Of a stretch of 64,000 bases of DNA, positions 40,748 through 56,879 are shown piece after piece. A program made the position numbers and the translations under genes. Below the pieces are notes generated by a model. The model did no database searches. It saw only the letters and a list, made by a program, of their open reading frames with translations, and was not told where the DNA came from. Position 1 is the first letter of the stretch. Every line of letters begins with the position of its first letter. The stretch spans positions 184,946,001 through 185,010,000 of the forward strand of contig OX597815.1 of the NCBI GenBank assembly GCA_951406725.2, read 5' to 3'. Source of the stretch: Octopus vulgaris (taxonomy: Eukaryota).

Positions 40748-41015
40748 GGATTTAAATTTTGGCACGCAACCAGCAATTACGTAGGCGGGGATAAGTTGAT
40801 ACTTATTTTATTTAAAAGAATGGGAGGCAAAGTCGACCTCTACTGAATTTGAACTCAGAACGTAAAGACGGACGAAATGCCGCTACGCATTTTCCTCGTT
40901 GTACTAACCCTTCTGACATCTCGTCGCCTTCTTTTATTTATGATATTGGTGTCAAACTTTGGCATAATGCCAGTAATTTCAGGTGAAGGGGTAAGTCGAT
41001 TACATCGACCCCAGT
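40748..41015 (-). mobile_element. Diverged SINE family B fragments
   Basis: GGCAAAGTCGACCTC...GAACTCAGAACGTA and GTAAGTCGATTACATCGACCCCAG. Confidence 0.7.
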
Positions 41016-41494
41016 TTTCGGATCTTTTCATTTCCAAGGCCTGTTTTTTCAGATTTTTCCTACTTAACCAAACAATTTGAAACTTCGTATACTGGTAGAA
41101 TGTGTCAAAAGAAAACATAATTGTAAACCAGAATGAAAACGGAATTGTAATTTCAAAGTTTAACGTTATTTAATAATTAGAATTTTAACCAATGGTATTC
41201 GGTCTTTCGGCTTCATATTATTTACTCCGTCTCAATAGACGTAAACGGCTATTTTGCTGACGTATTTAACATACGTGAAATGTAAACACCCGGTTACCGT
41301 ATTCCTTCAGTTTCTATTCACATTTTTTAAATATATTATTAACTAACTTATATATTAAACTTATATATTATATAACTAACTTAGTTTTTGTAAATTTTCG
41401 TATATTTTTTGTGATTTTTATTCCTTACTTTATTCGTGTAACTTTTATTTCTGTAACTTTTTATCTTTGGCAATCTTTCGTATGTGTGTGTGTG

Positions 41495-41683
41495 TATGTA
41501 TGTATGACCGATTCAGTGTTTACATTATTTCGAGTTAAAACGAAAGATTACCTTTGCTATGTAGAAAATAATGAGGTTGACTCAATGGAATAATGACAGT
41601 GATCGAAGATATAGACAAATTTTTTTGGTAATCTTTCGTTTTAACTCGAAATAAGGTAAACACTGAATCGCCATACATACATA
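41495..41683. repeat. ~57-bp inverted repeat with ~75-bp spacer (fold-back or MITE-like)
   Basis: CGATTCAGTGTTTACATTATTTCGAGTTAAAACGAAAGATTACC pairs with GGTAATCTTTCGTTTTAACTCGAAATAAGGTAAACACTGAATCG. Confidence 0.85.
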
Positions 41684-41888
41684 GCGTTTTTTTTCGGCCT
41701 GCCAACAATTCTGCCACCTTATTTATTATATAAAAATGTAAGCATTGTGGGCAGTGTAATGAAAACCATTTAAATATATGAAGCAGCTGTGTTTTTATTT
41801 TAGTCAGATTTCCATTTGATCGTAAACAAATTTAAAATGATCAGTTAGAATGTAGAAAGGATATTTTCCAGCAAACGTTGTGATTATA

Positions 41889-42304
41889 GGAGCAGGAGTG
41901 GCTGTGTGGTAAGTAGCTTGCTTACCAACCACATGGTTCCGGGTTCAGTACCACAGCGTGACACCTTGGGCAAGTGTCTTCTACTATAGCCTCGGGCTGA
42001 CCAAAGCCTTGTGAGTGGATTTTGTAGACAGAAACTGAAAGAAGCTCGTCGTATATATGTATGTATATATATATGTATGTATGTGTGTGTGTGTATATGT
42101 TTGTGTGTCTTTGTTTGTCTCCCCAACATCTCTTGACAACCGATGGTGGTGTGTTTAGTCCCCGTAACTTAGCGGTTCGGCAAAAGAGACCGATACAATA
42201 AGTGCCAGGCTTACAAAGAATAAGTCCTGGGGGTCAATTTGCTCGACTAAAGGCGGTGCTCCAGCATTGCCGCAGTCAGATGACTGAAACAAGTAAAAGA
42301 GAGT
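41889..42304 (+). mobile_element. SINE family A, full length
   Basis: Matches the other family A copies. Confidence 0.9.
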
Positions 42305-42927
42305 ATAAGAAAAAGATTAGAACATTGGTATCTTTGGTAATAAACAAGTTTTACGTCCTACACGTTCACAACTTCAAATTAACAGATACCAAACATTTCG
42401 TGACCGCCATAACATTATTACTCAATATGAATAGAATGTCAAATTACAATTCTCTTCATGCTACGTTGTGCGTTTCTGCGTCTGTCAAAATGATTTCCGT
42501 GTTGTTTATTTATGTTTATAATGAATTTTTCAGTTCCCCATTGGTTAAAGCCGAAATACTGTTTAGACATTTTTTAACTTCAGCACTGTTAAGTAACTTT
42601 CGTCACTTTCGTGTAGAAAACTAAAGATATTTCACACTGCGGAAATTGGGGAATTGTTGGCAGTGTTAAGCTCACTCAACTTCGTAACACGTCAAAGTAC
42701 TTCGGTGGAATAATTTTTTACACATCATTTCCATGTGTTTATAACTCATATAATTTCGAACGAAAGAAGCAGCAGCATTTCTCAAACAGCGCTGTTTTCA
42801 ATTATATCTTTTGACTCTATTGATTTTCTACAATTCCATTATACTAATTATGAGAACGAAAAACTTAGATTTAGTGACTTCTGAAAGCAGTAGAGTCGTA
42901 AGTGAAATGAAACAGTTTGGGCAAGAT

Positions 42928-43295
42928 CTAAGCACTATGTTATGAACCTGGCTTACATCACTTAGCCTATTACTGGACAACACAATAACTTCAAAGAGCT
43001 AGTTATTTTTTCGTCTCATATTTTAATATTTAATGAGTTACCAGATGCTGATCGGAGTTCTAAAAAGCCTAATCAAAATCTGTTATGATTTCAGTTTATA
43101 ATACATTCTAAGCACTATGATATATATTTGTCCATTTGAACCTGGGTCACCATATTTACCCTATTACTGGACAACACAATGACTTCAAACAGCTAGTATT
43201 TTTTTGTATTTTATCTCATCTTGATATCTAATGAGTAACTAGATTATGATCGAAGTTCTAGAAAGCCTAGTCAAAAATCAGTTATATGATTTCAT
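42928..43295. repeat. Diverged ~180-bp tandem duplication
   Basis: CTAAGCACTATG at 42928 and 43108; CCTATTACTGGACAACACAAT in both units. Confidence 0.8.
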
Positions 43296-43888
43296 TTCGT
43301 AATATAGCTTTTATTTTAAGAGCTATAGCCAAAGGAATGAATACCACATTCTGTTGTCCATTTATATAATGCATATATCTCATCAAATTATATTTCACCT
43401 TATAAGTTTCCAGTTTATGGTGTGAGAAATAATATTTCTCATAATTTGATAGAAAATGTAAATATGCTGAAGTAATCTCTCTTGAATCATTCGCAGCTAG
43501 GTTCCCGGTTTCGCCAGCAAGTTTTTCTTCAACCGTGAAAGACAAAACTTTGCTCTACGACTCTCTCTTGAAATTCTTCTTCTAAATCTGAGCAACGTTA
43601 TATAATAACTATCAAACTGAAAAATGACACTTGGCCAATTCTTGATAAAGTATTATTTAGAGCAGAGTTTCCATTAGTGTTCTCCCAGCACACGTGAAGA
43701 TTATCTTCAGACTGACATCGATTTGGCAAACTAATAGACATAGAGTTATGTGTTCTTCTCCAAAAATTAGTTGCATCAGATTTGAACTCATCGGAGAATT
43801 GACAGTCCGATAGCTTATCCGTTTCTAATATCAGAATTCAATTTGTTTTGCAATATTACTTATTTTGCAACCTTTATCATTATTTCTA

Positions 43889-43889
43889 T

Positions 43890-43935
<46 letters not shown>

Positions 43936-44342
43936 ACTTATATCATCATCATTACCATAATCATCATCATCATCAACTTATATCATCATCACATCATCAT
44001 CATTACCATAATCATCACTGTCATCGTCGTCGTCATCATCACCATCATCATCATCATTATCATCATAATCATCACCACCATCCTCCTTCTCCTCCTCATC
44101 ATCATCTTCATCATCATCATCATCATCATTACTGAAAATAGTAGTAGCATTGTTATTGTTACTGTTATCATTTTCCCTTCATCAAGTATGATCATTTTCA
44201 TTAATATCATCATTATCATTATCGTATTATATTATTATTAATATTATGATCGCTATCATCATCATCATCGCCGCCGTTATTATCATTATTATCATTATTA
44301 TTATTACTACTAGTAGTAGTAGTAGTTGTAGTGGTAGTAGCG
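43889..44342. repeat. (ATC)n/(ATT)n/(AGT)n compound microsatellite
   Basis: Direct inspection. Confidence 0.9.
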
Positions 44343-44810
44343 TTATTAATGTAAGGATTCTTAATATAAGGATACGTTTATCACTTTTATTTTTAATAAT
44401 ACCTTTAATGTTATTAATAACATTAATTTATTGTTTATCATTACCGTTGCATCCACCGTGTTTTAGTTTTGCGGTTAATTAACAACTATCCACTACCACA
44501 CGTATACAATAATAAATTATATTCTAAAGCGTACCCGAATATCACATGTGTTTATTTCGAGTTCAATTCATTGCCTCACAGCTTCATATTAGAGCAAGGG
44601 CATGAAGGTGTTATAGACAAGAGGATAAAAAATTTTATTAGGTTCTCATAGATTTTCAGCAAAGTAATTACATTACAAATCCTGCTTGAGAATTAATTGT
44701 CTTTTCTTTGGGAGCATAATTTATTAATCTCTTCTCGATTTGTATATATGAAGCTTATTGCACGATTAGTTATCATTACACTATTATTAATTATTCCTCC
44801 ATTGGTGGTA

Positions 44811-44858
44811 CAGTAGTACCTCGGTTTTCGAACAACTTGATCGCAAATAAATAGTCCT

Positions 44859-44903
<45 letters not shown>

Positions 44904-45068
44904 AAATAGTAAAAAGTGAAAAAACTACAGAAGGCTTAAAGGTTAAAAAATATATATATTTGCGTCAATATGTCTGAAGAATATTAAAAAATTTTTTTCC
45001 TTACAATGACATAGTTTAGAAGAAGGACCGGTTTCGCGTTTAGCTTTTCAAATTTCTTACGACTTTAT

Positions 45069-45108
<40 letters not shown>

Positions 45109-45433
45109 CAAAGGAATTCCAACTCTGTTTTTTAATGTTTTATTTATATTCTTTATAACATTAATGTAGAATATAGAATATATAGTATAAATAGTATATA
45201 TAGTAAAATGAAATGAAGTATTGATTGTCTTATTCAATAGATGAAATATTGAATATAAAATAATAAGGGAATAGTATACTTTCTTGCATTTAAGAAGTCT
45301 TCAACGTCCCAGGTTGTGACAGGAATGTATATATATATATATATATATATATACAGAGAGAGTGAGAGAAAGCTATATATATCAAGCACGATTTATTCGT
45401 AATCAGAGGCGTTCGTAAGCCGAGGTACTACTG
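44811..45433. mobile_element. Tigger/pogo-type MITE (TA TSD) with nested (TA)n-associated insertion; extra right TIR ending at 45514
   Basis: TA|CAGTAGTACCTCGG ... CCGAGGTACTACTG|TA; second CCGAGGTTCTACTG|TA. Confidence 0.75.
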
Positions 45434-45652
45434 TATTAAATGAATATGAGACAAACAGGAGATAAAGTAAGATTTCTTCGTGATTAGAGTTCTTCGAAAA
45501 CCGAGGTTCTACTGTACTTCTATTTATAAATTTTCCCGTGCTATCTTTTTCTGTGGATTGGCTTATACAGTCTTCTGTTTCTTTCCGACTACCTGCCTTT
45601 CTCTTTTTATGTACGTATATATACATACATACATATATGCATACATATAATA

Positions 45653-46030
45653 TAGTAGCTTGTTTACCAACTACATGGTTCCGGGTTCAGTCCCACTGCG
45701 TGGCACCTTGGGCAGGTATCTTCTACTATAGCCTCGGGCGACCAAAGCCTTGTGAGTGGATTTGGTAGACAGAAACTGAAAGAAGCCCGTCGTATATATG
45801 TATATATATATATATGCGTATGTGTGTTTGTGTGTCTGTGTTTGTCACCCTAGCATTGCTTGACAACCGATGCTGGCGTGTTTATGTCCCCGTTACTTAG
45901 CGGTTCGGCAAAAGAGACCAATAGAATAAGTACTGAGCTTACAAAAGAATAAGTCCCGGGGTCGAGTTGCTCGACTAAAGGCGGTGCTCCAGCATGGCCG
46001 CAGTCAAATGACTGAAAAGAGTAAAAGAGT
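45653..46030 (+). mobile_element. SINE family A, 5'-truncated
   Basis: Begins at AGTAGCTTGTTTACC; body nearly identical to the 16389 copy. Confidence 0.9.
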
Positions 46031-46040
46031 ACATATATAA

Positions 46041-46073
<33 letters not shown>

Positions 46074-46097
46074 CGTGCGTGTGCGTGAATACACATG

Positions 46098-46151
<54 letters not shown>

Positions 46152-46789
46152 TGTGTATGCACGCACATACTCACGCATACATACATACGCACACACAGAA
46201 ACTACCAACGTATTTTCCTTGTAATGACTAACAAGCAGGAATATATTTCTGATTAGAAATTCTAACGTAAACACTTGAAACGTGCATATTAAATGCATTC
46301 GAAAATTCGAAATATCAATAATTGATGATAAATAAGCATACAAGTACTATTGCACGCATTTTTATGGCAATCTAACCAATTCCTGATTGGATAATTCGGT
46401 CGTAATGCAATACATGAAAAACAAGAGCACTCAGAGAGCACAAACATCCGCCAAGGCAACACTAACGCCCTCCCAATGATTAGCCACAGATAAGTTTTAA
46501 AATGAGAATATCTGAAATAAACTCGACTGCTCTCACAAACCAAAATAGTAAAAATGATCTTATATATAGCAGCGTAATATTCTATGCTATCGATTGACGA
46601 ACGATATCAGACTAGTCTTTCTTGAGATGGTCATAAAACTGCGAAATAGTCTGTAGAATATTGCTCTCTTTTGCCGAACACCAAAACCATTGAGAGAAGA
46701 TTTTTTATGGTTAGTAGTCCTTAATACAGCAATATCATTTGAATATTTATCTTTATCTTTGCCGTTCAGATTAACGTTGAGTGGTCCAT

Positions 46790-47064
<275 letters not shown>

Positions 47065-49414
47065 AAGGAACGAAGGTGTTGGAGCCGCGAGAGAGGCCCG
47101 GGTGGCAGAGGCGCAACAGGGCAACAAAGCCACCATTCGGTCCCTGGTAGATGAACAGGGGCGCGAATTGCTCGAGCCAAGTAAAATGTGTGAGGCCTTT
47201 CAGCAGCATTTTGCCCGACTGTTCGGAACGAGTGGAGGGCAAGAACGTAGGGTGGACTTCAGTGCCTACCTACATAGCCTACCACGACTCTCGACAAGAA
47301 GGGCAGGGTGCTGCGAAGGTGCCATCACGGCGGCGGAAGTGCAGGAAGCGATGGCAGAATGCTCGGGGGACAAATCACCGGGTTTGGATGGTCTACCCTA
47401 CGAGCTTTACAATTGTATGCCAGACTTGTTTGGAGATCTCTTGGCGGCGGTGTACTGCAACTGGCAGCAAAACGGGAGCATTCCTGGTTTTGTGAGCCGA
47501 GGAGCCGTAACACTGCTGAAGAAAGATCTAAACAAGGGAAATGTAATAGATAACTTTAGGCCCATCACTCTGCTTAATGCAGACTTGAAAATTTTGGCCA
47601 AGGTGCTAGCCAAGAGGTTGGCGCTTGTCATCGAGAAACTGGTCGACAGGGCGCAAACATGCGCCGTGCCAGGCCGGACCATCCATGACAACCTCCACCT
47701 GATGCGCTACATCATAGACAGGGTAGTTAACGAACCTGGCATGGGTGGGGCGCTGATCAATTTGGATCAATCGAAAGCCTTCGATAGGGTGGACCATCGA
47801 TACTTGGAGGCGGTCCTCGGAGCGGCTGGCTTCGGTCCCGTCTTCCGCGGCTGGATAGCCGCTTTGTACAGAGGCATCCGTTCGGTAATTCGCGTTAACG
47901 GACATCTATCGAGACCCTTCGACATCGCACGTTCGGTCCGTCAGGGATGCCCCCTCTCGTCGCTTCTATACGTATTGACTCTCGAGCCATTATTGCGGAA
48001 GCTGGCAACCTTGAGAGGCATCCCGCGAGAACTGGGATGCGGGACGAGCGTGTCTGCATACGCGGACGACGTCACCGTCATAGTGTCTAGCCACGAGCAC
48101 ATCGAGCAGGTCGGCGAGACACTGAAAAACTACGAAGCGGTGACAGGAGCAAAAATCAACCGGGAAAAGTCAGTGGGCTTGCGACTCGGCACCTGGAGAA
48201 GCAAGCCCATGCCGTCCACCAGCGCCTCCGTCGTGGGACGCTGGATCGACGGCCCGGTTGAGTTGCTCGGGGTCTGGTTTGGTCCGGACCTCCAAGTGGA
48301 GAAGAACTGGAACGAGATAACGAGTAGGGTGGTCACTCTCGCCCGGCAATGGGCCGAGAGGAAACTGTCCCTAAAAGGTCGGGCGGAGGTGGCGAACACG
48401 TACATCGCGTCCGTCATCTACTACCGCCTGACCGTCGTACCTTGTCCCGACCCTACCATCACCAAACTACAACGCATTCTCTTTCGCTTCTTGTGGAAAG
48501 GATGCGTCCCGATGGTCAGGCGATCCATTTGCTGTCAACACCCGTTAAAAGGAGGGCTGGGCATGCCGTGGTTGATGATGCGCAGACACGCGCTGAGACT
48601 GCGACATCTCTGGCTCTATGTAGACGACGGTGAACAGGTGTGGTCGCCGTTTGTGAGGCACGCTTTCCCGCAGCTCGTCTCCATGACCGAACTGCAGTCG
48701 TGGATCAAAAAGAGGCCGAAGAAGGGCGAATGGCACCGCGAGTGTCGCGTTGCTCTCAAGCAACTCTGCCGTCCTGGGTCGACCTTGAGTGACTTCAACA
48801 CAACCAAAGCATTCTATAGGGGTTTAGTGGAGGGGAGGTACGACGACGAGCTCGGGGCGAACCTGGACGTCGACGAGGAGTACCTGACCCGCCTGTTCAG
48901 GACGACTTTCGGGCCAGGGCCCATGGACAACTTCCAGAGATCCCTGGCCTGGCAGTGCTACCGAGAAGCGCTACCCGTTCGGGATAAGCTCTACAGACAC
49001 GGCTCGAGAAACACGGGGCCGACCTGCCCGAGATGCGGTCAGAGCGACGAAACCGTTCTGCACGCACTCGTGCAGTGTCCAACAATTTCCGACCTGTGGG
49101 CTTGTGTCGAACAACTGCTGTCACGTGTGGGACGAGTCGGTTTATCAGCTGAGTCTATCGTTAATATTGTCACGCCTCCCTCCTTCAAACGGGAAGGAAG
49201 AGCTATTTTCATCATCCTTGTGGCTATGGCGAAAGAATGTATCTGGTGGACGCGTCTGAAAGGATTGGAGACAAACACTTTCCTCTCTGGTCAACCTCTC
49301 ATCAACTTCTTCAAGTACCACTTGAAAAGGAAAGCGAGAGTAGAGAGTAGAGTTTTGTTTAGCGAATGTTTTAAAAAGATGGGTGAATGTAGCAAGAATG
49401 GCACGTATGAATGA
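47065..49414 (+). CDS. LINE ORF2 remnant (RT plus C-terminal zinc knuckle; endonuclease lost; probable 1-nt frameshift near 49375, ancestral stop ~49442)
   Basis: KSPGLDG, NFRPITLLNAD, LDQSKAFDRV, SVRQGCPLS, YADD, INREKS, CPRC...HALVQC; alternative frame KRWVNVAR matches KRWKPVAR of the 4-kb relative. Confidence 0.9.
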
Positions 49415-49821
49415 CGAAGCCACCTTGAGCATGATCCTATGAACCCAGAAATTGAAAACAGAGAGTTGCTTATTTGCAAAAAAAAAAAAAAGAAATATAA
49501 CATGTGACTCCATTGACCGAGGTTACCGTGGTCTTTTCCGTAGGCTTTTCTTTCCACGGGTAAACCTCACCTGTCCTCCCCTTTACACTTCATATTGACA
49601 TTTCTGTGATAACGATCCCTATTGATCAAATTTTTTTTTTTTTTCCTCTCCCCTTTTTTTTTTAACCCCCTTTTTTTGTCCTCTTTCTCTCCTTTTACGA
49701 TCCCTTTTGATCGAAACTCCTCTTCCTGTTTTTTTTTTTTTTTTTTAAACCTTCAAAAGAAAAGCTCTACCTTGTAATTTGTTCAATCTGTGTGCAGCCC
49801 TGTGTGTCTAATAAAGAAACA
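47065..49821 (+). mobile_element. 5'-truncated L1/Tx1-clade LINE inserted in (TATC)n
   Basis: GC-rich coding block; T-rich 3'UTR; AATAAA at 49810-49815 followed after GAAAC by TATC repeats, with no poly(A). Confidence 0.95.
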
Positions 49822-49854
<33 letters not shown>

Positions 49855-49915
49855 CTACCTATCTAACTATTAATCTATGTATGTATGTATGTATGTATGT
49901 ATGTATGTATGTATG

Positions 49916-50018
<103 letters not shown>

Positions 50019-50529
50019 CTATCTTGATTAATAATGAGACCTGTAAACGACTTTTATGCAAATTAAGCTATTTAATGCAGTAATAGCTGAAATCCCGTCT
50101 GATTTATATCCTATCTGATATTATTTGCTATCGACTGGGGAAATAATGTTGCCTCTGAAAAGTGATATATGTATTTTGTAGAAATAAATTGATATTTTAT
50201 ATTCTTTTTGTACGCAACAGAAATTGTCCACGTACAGGCTTTTCTCTATCTAGCTGATTTTTAATCGAGATCATGTATCATATTATAAACTTTCTGTTTC
50301 TGCTGGGTGCATCAAATTTGGTTTCTCTCCGTTTTTATATCACATAATAACTAAAATGATCTGAAACATTCATCGTTTTCAACCTTCTCTTAATCAATTC
50401 TTCTCTTATTCAGCATTCTTCCATGTTCTATAAGAAAATCTCTTTTATTCTCACTCCTGCTCTCGTCCCGCACAACACAACACTGACTATTACCAGTTTA
50501 ATTATACACTTGTTGTTTTTGTTCTTTTT

Positions 50530-50819
50530 TTCTTTTACTTGTTACAGTCATTTGACTGCGGCCATGCTGGGGCACAACCTTCAAGAATTTATAGTAGAAT
50601 ATATCAACCCCAGTACTCTTTTTTTTTAAAGCCTGGTACTTATTCTATCGATATCTTTTGCCGAACCGCTAAGTTTTGAAAATATTAACACCCGAACACC
50701 GGTTGTCAAACGGTGGAAGGGGAGACAAACACAAACACACATAGATAGATACATATATATGCCTACCTACACACACACACACACACATACATGCATACAT
50801 ACATACATACATACATACA

Positions 50820-50904
<85 letters not shown>

Positions 50905-51024
50905 GACGGTTTACCAAATCCACTCACAAGCCTTTGGTCGACCCGAGGCTATAGTAGAAGACTTACCCTAGGTGCCTCGCAGTGAGTCTGAATGGTTGGG
51001 AAGCAAGCTTCTTACTCACAGCCA
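50530..51024 (-). mobile_element. SINE family A, diverged, with expanded internal microsatellite
   Basis: Tail and head segments separated by CA/CATA/TA repeats. Confidence 0.8.
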
Positions 51025-51199
51025 CGTTTACCTTTTATTGTAGTTTTACCTCATATAAGCTTTCTAAATATTATCACGGTGTTTGCCTGCAATTTTGGGC
51101 AGAAGTTGGGTTTATGATGAATGTATCTGTTTCTTTATACAAGAAGAATGCTTTGTTGCATTCAATTTGAATGTTTTATTCTATTAACAAGAGAAATAT

Positions 51200-51602
51200 T
51201 GGTTTACAAATTTCGGCACAAGACCAGCAATTTCTCGGGACGGATTAAGTTGATTACACCAACCCCAATGCTCAAATGGCATTTATTTTATCGAGCGCAA
51301 AAGCATGAATGACAAAGCCAACCATGACGAAATACTACTAAGCATTTCTTCCGGTGTAGCAACGTTCCTGCTAGCTCGCCACCCTGTTAATGAGACAAAT
51401 AGTTTTGGCACAAGGCCAGCAATTTCTGGACGGTAAATCGATTACATCGACCGTAGTATTCAATTAGTCTTTATTTTATCGACCCCGAGAGAAGGAATGG
51501 CACAGTTGACCTCGGCAGAATTTGAACTGAGAACGTGGAAGCAGACAAAATATTGCTACGGCATTTTTCCTGGTGTGCTAACAGTCTGCCAGCTCCCCAC
51601 CC
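51200..51602 (-). mobile_element. Two old SINE family B copies
   Basis: Degenerate GGCACAAGGCCAGCAATTT...CTGCCAGCTC. Confidence 0.65.
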
Positions 51603-52990
51603 TATTAATAATAGAACTATTAATAAAATAAATAACATCTTGAACACTGCTTATTCATAACAATCACCAGTATTAATATGTATGATGTACAATTTGTTGA
51701 ATGCATGGTGTTTTTGAGAATCAGGAGATTTTATTGCTAAACATAAGCTGTCCCTTACAGGTAGGATATTGTGCCCCTAGTTGTGTTGTATGATTCAGTG
51801 CAGTCTGTGCCTTCACAGGTGTTTGGTATAAAATATATTCTACTACATACATTGAGTTCTTCCGGGTATGTTGTACTCTCTTGTAGTATGCGGGTACCCA
51901 GATGGATTGAATCGGTTTATAGGAAACAGCACAAAAAATGTTAAAGCTAATCAACTCAATTCTTGATTATGAAAGAACTCAGTACATGTAGTAGAGTATC
52001 TTTTATACGAAACACCTAGGATGACGAAGACAGTATTGATTAATGCAACACAGCTACGTGCACAATATCGAACTCGTAAAGGACAGCTGCTGTAGGATGG
52101 GCCGAAACGTTCGTCGCGTTCAATGAAAATTCGTACCAAATCCATTTCCCGTTCCCCTCATCAATTATATATGAATACACACATACATACATGGAAATCT
52201 GCATATAATTGCAAATATGATGCTTATTACACACACACACGTACACAATCACACATCTTTGTGTGTGTGGGGGAGGGTGTACACATGCGCGCGTGTAAGG
52301 TGTGGGGGACTTGTTTCAGATTCAATTATTCCATATGTGTACAGAACATAAAATATTTGAATAATATTTGTATAAATTATGTGTACTCGTGTCTGCTTGA
52401 CATAAAGAATTAAAAACCTATATATTCTTCTGTTCAATAGAAAGATCAATACTTTATTGCATGCTAAAAAATGCTGTTCGATAGTAAAATATGCCACCTT
52501 ATAATAAAAAAAGAATTATTTTTTCTGGTATAAAAAAATCTCATTTCTTTCGTTAGGGATAGATGTTTCATCTCAGCAATACAACTCGCGTATGAGGTTG
52601 AATATTTTAGTCATTTTCCAAAGCAGTCAGTTTAAGTTATTCAAACTTATTTATTGTCAACGTAATCTATGCATGACGCCATTAAATGATAAACTAGAAA
52701 TATATTTGCGGTGAGGAAATATTTGCTCTCAACGACTATTATTGTTTTGTTATACGTAGTTAATAGAATACAGGAAATGTTTAGGGTTTTTTTTAACGGT
52801 GAACATATTGGCGGAGCACAGATTTACACCATTCTTAGCGAATTAGTGGCGAAATGATCGGCGAAGAAATGGCAATAGATATCGTTAATTTGGTATACAC
52901 GATGAAGTTGATATTTCATTGATGATGCCAAAACAAGACACTAAATCAAGTTTCCTAAGCTTATCAGAAGAAATATGGTTCACAGGAAAA

Positions 52991-53786
<796 letters not shown>

Positions 53787-53996
53787 TTTTCCCTATTAAA
53801 TATTTTAAACTCATACAAAGATTATTCACGCAAAAGACATCTCTGAATTAATAAATGTCTTCAATGTGCATTAAGACAATAGAAAAAGGTCAGGTACAGA
53901 ATATGAAAAAGGGAATTGTTCAAAAACTATCATGTTATGATTTGTTGCTGCAATTTGTATTAAGAAATCCATTCTTTTTGTCCAGTATACATATAC

Positions 53997-54037
<41 letters not shown>

Positions 54038-54442
54038 TATAACGTATAGATTTGTTGATAGCTGCTATAACTTCAGAAATTAAATTAATAAATCCCATAG
54101 CACGTTCGAAATATTTTATTAATATAAGATAGAATAAATGAGGGAATATAGTTTAACATATACACTTATGTACGTAATAACGAATATGTTATATGTACAT
54201 ATATATATATATATATATATGTATATGTATATATACATGTATTTGTGTTTATATGCATATACTTTGTAATATAAACTCATGTATATATGTTATATGTACA
54301 TATATATATATACATATATATATATGTATATATACATGTATTCATGCGTTTATATACATATACTTTGTAATATAAACTCATAAATATATGTATATATGTG
54401 TGTGTGTGTGTGTGCGTCTCTGTTTATATATATTTATTAGTA

Positions 54443-54511
<69 letters not shown>

Positions 54512-54854
54512 GTATATACATATATGTATATATATATATGTATGTATATATATGTATATATATATGTATATATATATATTTGTATATATATGTATGTATG
54601 TATATATATGTATATATATATATGTATGTATATATATATTTTTGTATGTATGTATGTATAGTGAGCGAAAGAAGGAAAGAGATAGATTCCTCGTTAAACC
54701 TAATATGAATTAAGTATGAGCTAATGTATTTAGTTAGTGGTTCATGCGGAAATTAGAAATTATTTTCCTTTGAAACATTCCCATGAGTCACAGTACAGTT
54801 ATAGCTTAATATAAAAGTGAAAGGCAAGCAATTCTTGCTCTATGAAGCCAGAAA

Positions 54855-54940
<86 letters not shown>

Positions 54941-55261
54941 TCTTTTCATATATTTGTTGGTGCGAAGAATAAGTATTTATATGGTGATTTTTTTTTTTAC
55001 TGAAACACTCTGATCAAAAACCTAATTCGTTCAGAATAATGTTACTTAAATTATGCATTCGTTTGAACCTATGAATGTAGCAGCCGCCCACTGAATATAA
55101 GCGCCATATGTAATACTTAATTGAAAATATATAAAGTTAGAAATGTTAGCAGCAATTATTTTTTTAACGTAGTGACCCATGAAAAACCCTAACTGCTTTG
55201 AGGAGAAAGAAATTTAGAAGATTCTCTCATAATTAGCGTTTGCAGAAAGTGTTGTTAAATA

Positions 55262-55660
55262 TTCTTTTCTACACAAGGCGCGAGGTCAGAAATTTTGGGG
55301 GAAGGGGGAAGTCGAGTACATCGACCCCAGTATGCAACTGGTCCATAATTTATCGACCCCGAAAGGATGAAAGGCGAAGTCGACCTTGGCGGAATTTTTA
55401 ACTCAGAACGTAGCGGCAGACGAAATACCTATTTCTTTACTACCCACAAGAGGCTACACACAGAGGGGACAAACGAGGACAGACAAACAGATTAAGTCGA
55501 TTACATCGACCCAGTGCGTAACTGGTACTTAATTTATCGACCCCGAAATGATGAAAGGCAAAGTCGATCTCGGCTGAATTTGAACTCAGAACGTAGCAGC
55601 AGATGAAATATGCCTACGCATTTCGCTCGGTGTGCTTACGTTTCTGCCAGCTCGCCGCCT
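55262..55660 (-). mobile_element. SINE family B dimer
   Basis: Two bodies and one head, same junction as the 25.5 kb and 33 kb arrays. Confidence 0.9.
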
Positions 55661-56462
55661 TAATATGTTAAATATTAATAGGGATGAACGTAGTGAAGGT
55701 AATTTTTCGTCAAAATATCTGAATTTGAAAGATTTATTCAAATATCAATCATATATCCAATAATTTATGGGACATTAACGAAGATGGTGAGAGTGAATAG
55801 ATAGGAAAAATTAGTTTCCTCGCGTGGTTAATGAAATATCTGGTTTGAAATAAACAAAATGGAATACAATCCACAGACTAAAAGATATTTAAAATATAGG
55901 AAAATGGGTAACGAGAGACAGAAAGTGTAGGAAACATTTGCATGGGCACCGAGAAAGATTTACCCAATTGCTAATACACTGTCTGTACGGTATAATTACA
56001 CAAATATGCAAATGTATTTAATATTTTATTCCGTTACATACTTCACTAAACTCGATAATTATAACCCCTTAGATACTCTTAAGATAAAGTTATCGTTTAG
56101 AACATAGCCTCGAATTATTGACATTAGATATTTCAAACAAAATACGTAATAAAATGTGTTCACAATGGAGAACATAGGAAAATGAAATCAAATTTAAAAA
56201 TCAATAATTTCGAAAGATTTGATATTACATGGATGCACATCAGGTGATGTGTGTGATACGCATATTTCTTATGTATATGACGTATGTGATGTTTCATTTA
56301 CATGGTGGAGGGGGTCAGGCTAAGTTTGGCGATATCTTAAGCCCCTTTTCTTCATGATTGATGTGTTGGTATTACAGTCAACGGCATTGAAAAGCATGAA
56401 TAATAAAGTTGTAGTTGAGAAAAGGTCAGCTGACATGGAGGACTGGAATACATTTAAAGATT

Positions 56463-56692
56463 TGTTTCTTTATTGCTACAAGGGGTTAAACATAGAGGAG
56501 ACAAACAAGGACAGATAAAGGGCTTAAGTCGATTACATCGACCCCAGTGCGTAACTGACTCTTGTTTAATCGACCCCGAAAGTATGAAAGGCAGAGTTGA
56601 CCTCGGCGGAATTTGAACTCAGAGCGTAAATGCAGACGAGATATCGCTAAGCATTTCGCCCTACGTGTTAACGGTTCTGCCAGCTAGCTGCC
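56463..56692 (-). mobile_element. SINE family B monomer
   Basis: Full head-to-tail similarity. Confidence 0.85.
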
Positions 56693-56879
56693 CTACTGGG
56701 AGAAAACTATTGAAAACGAATTACCAGTATCATGGCGAATCGCGTCCCTATCAAAATGCCGATATGATGACTGCTGTCCAATACTCTCTGAACATTGTCA
56801 TGGACAGCTACAACGGAGGCTGCGAAGCCATGGCCACAATAGGTTGCACAGCTGGCATTCTGACTGCGTCTGAATGCTG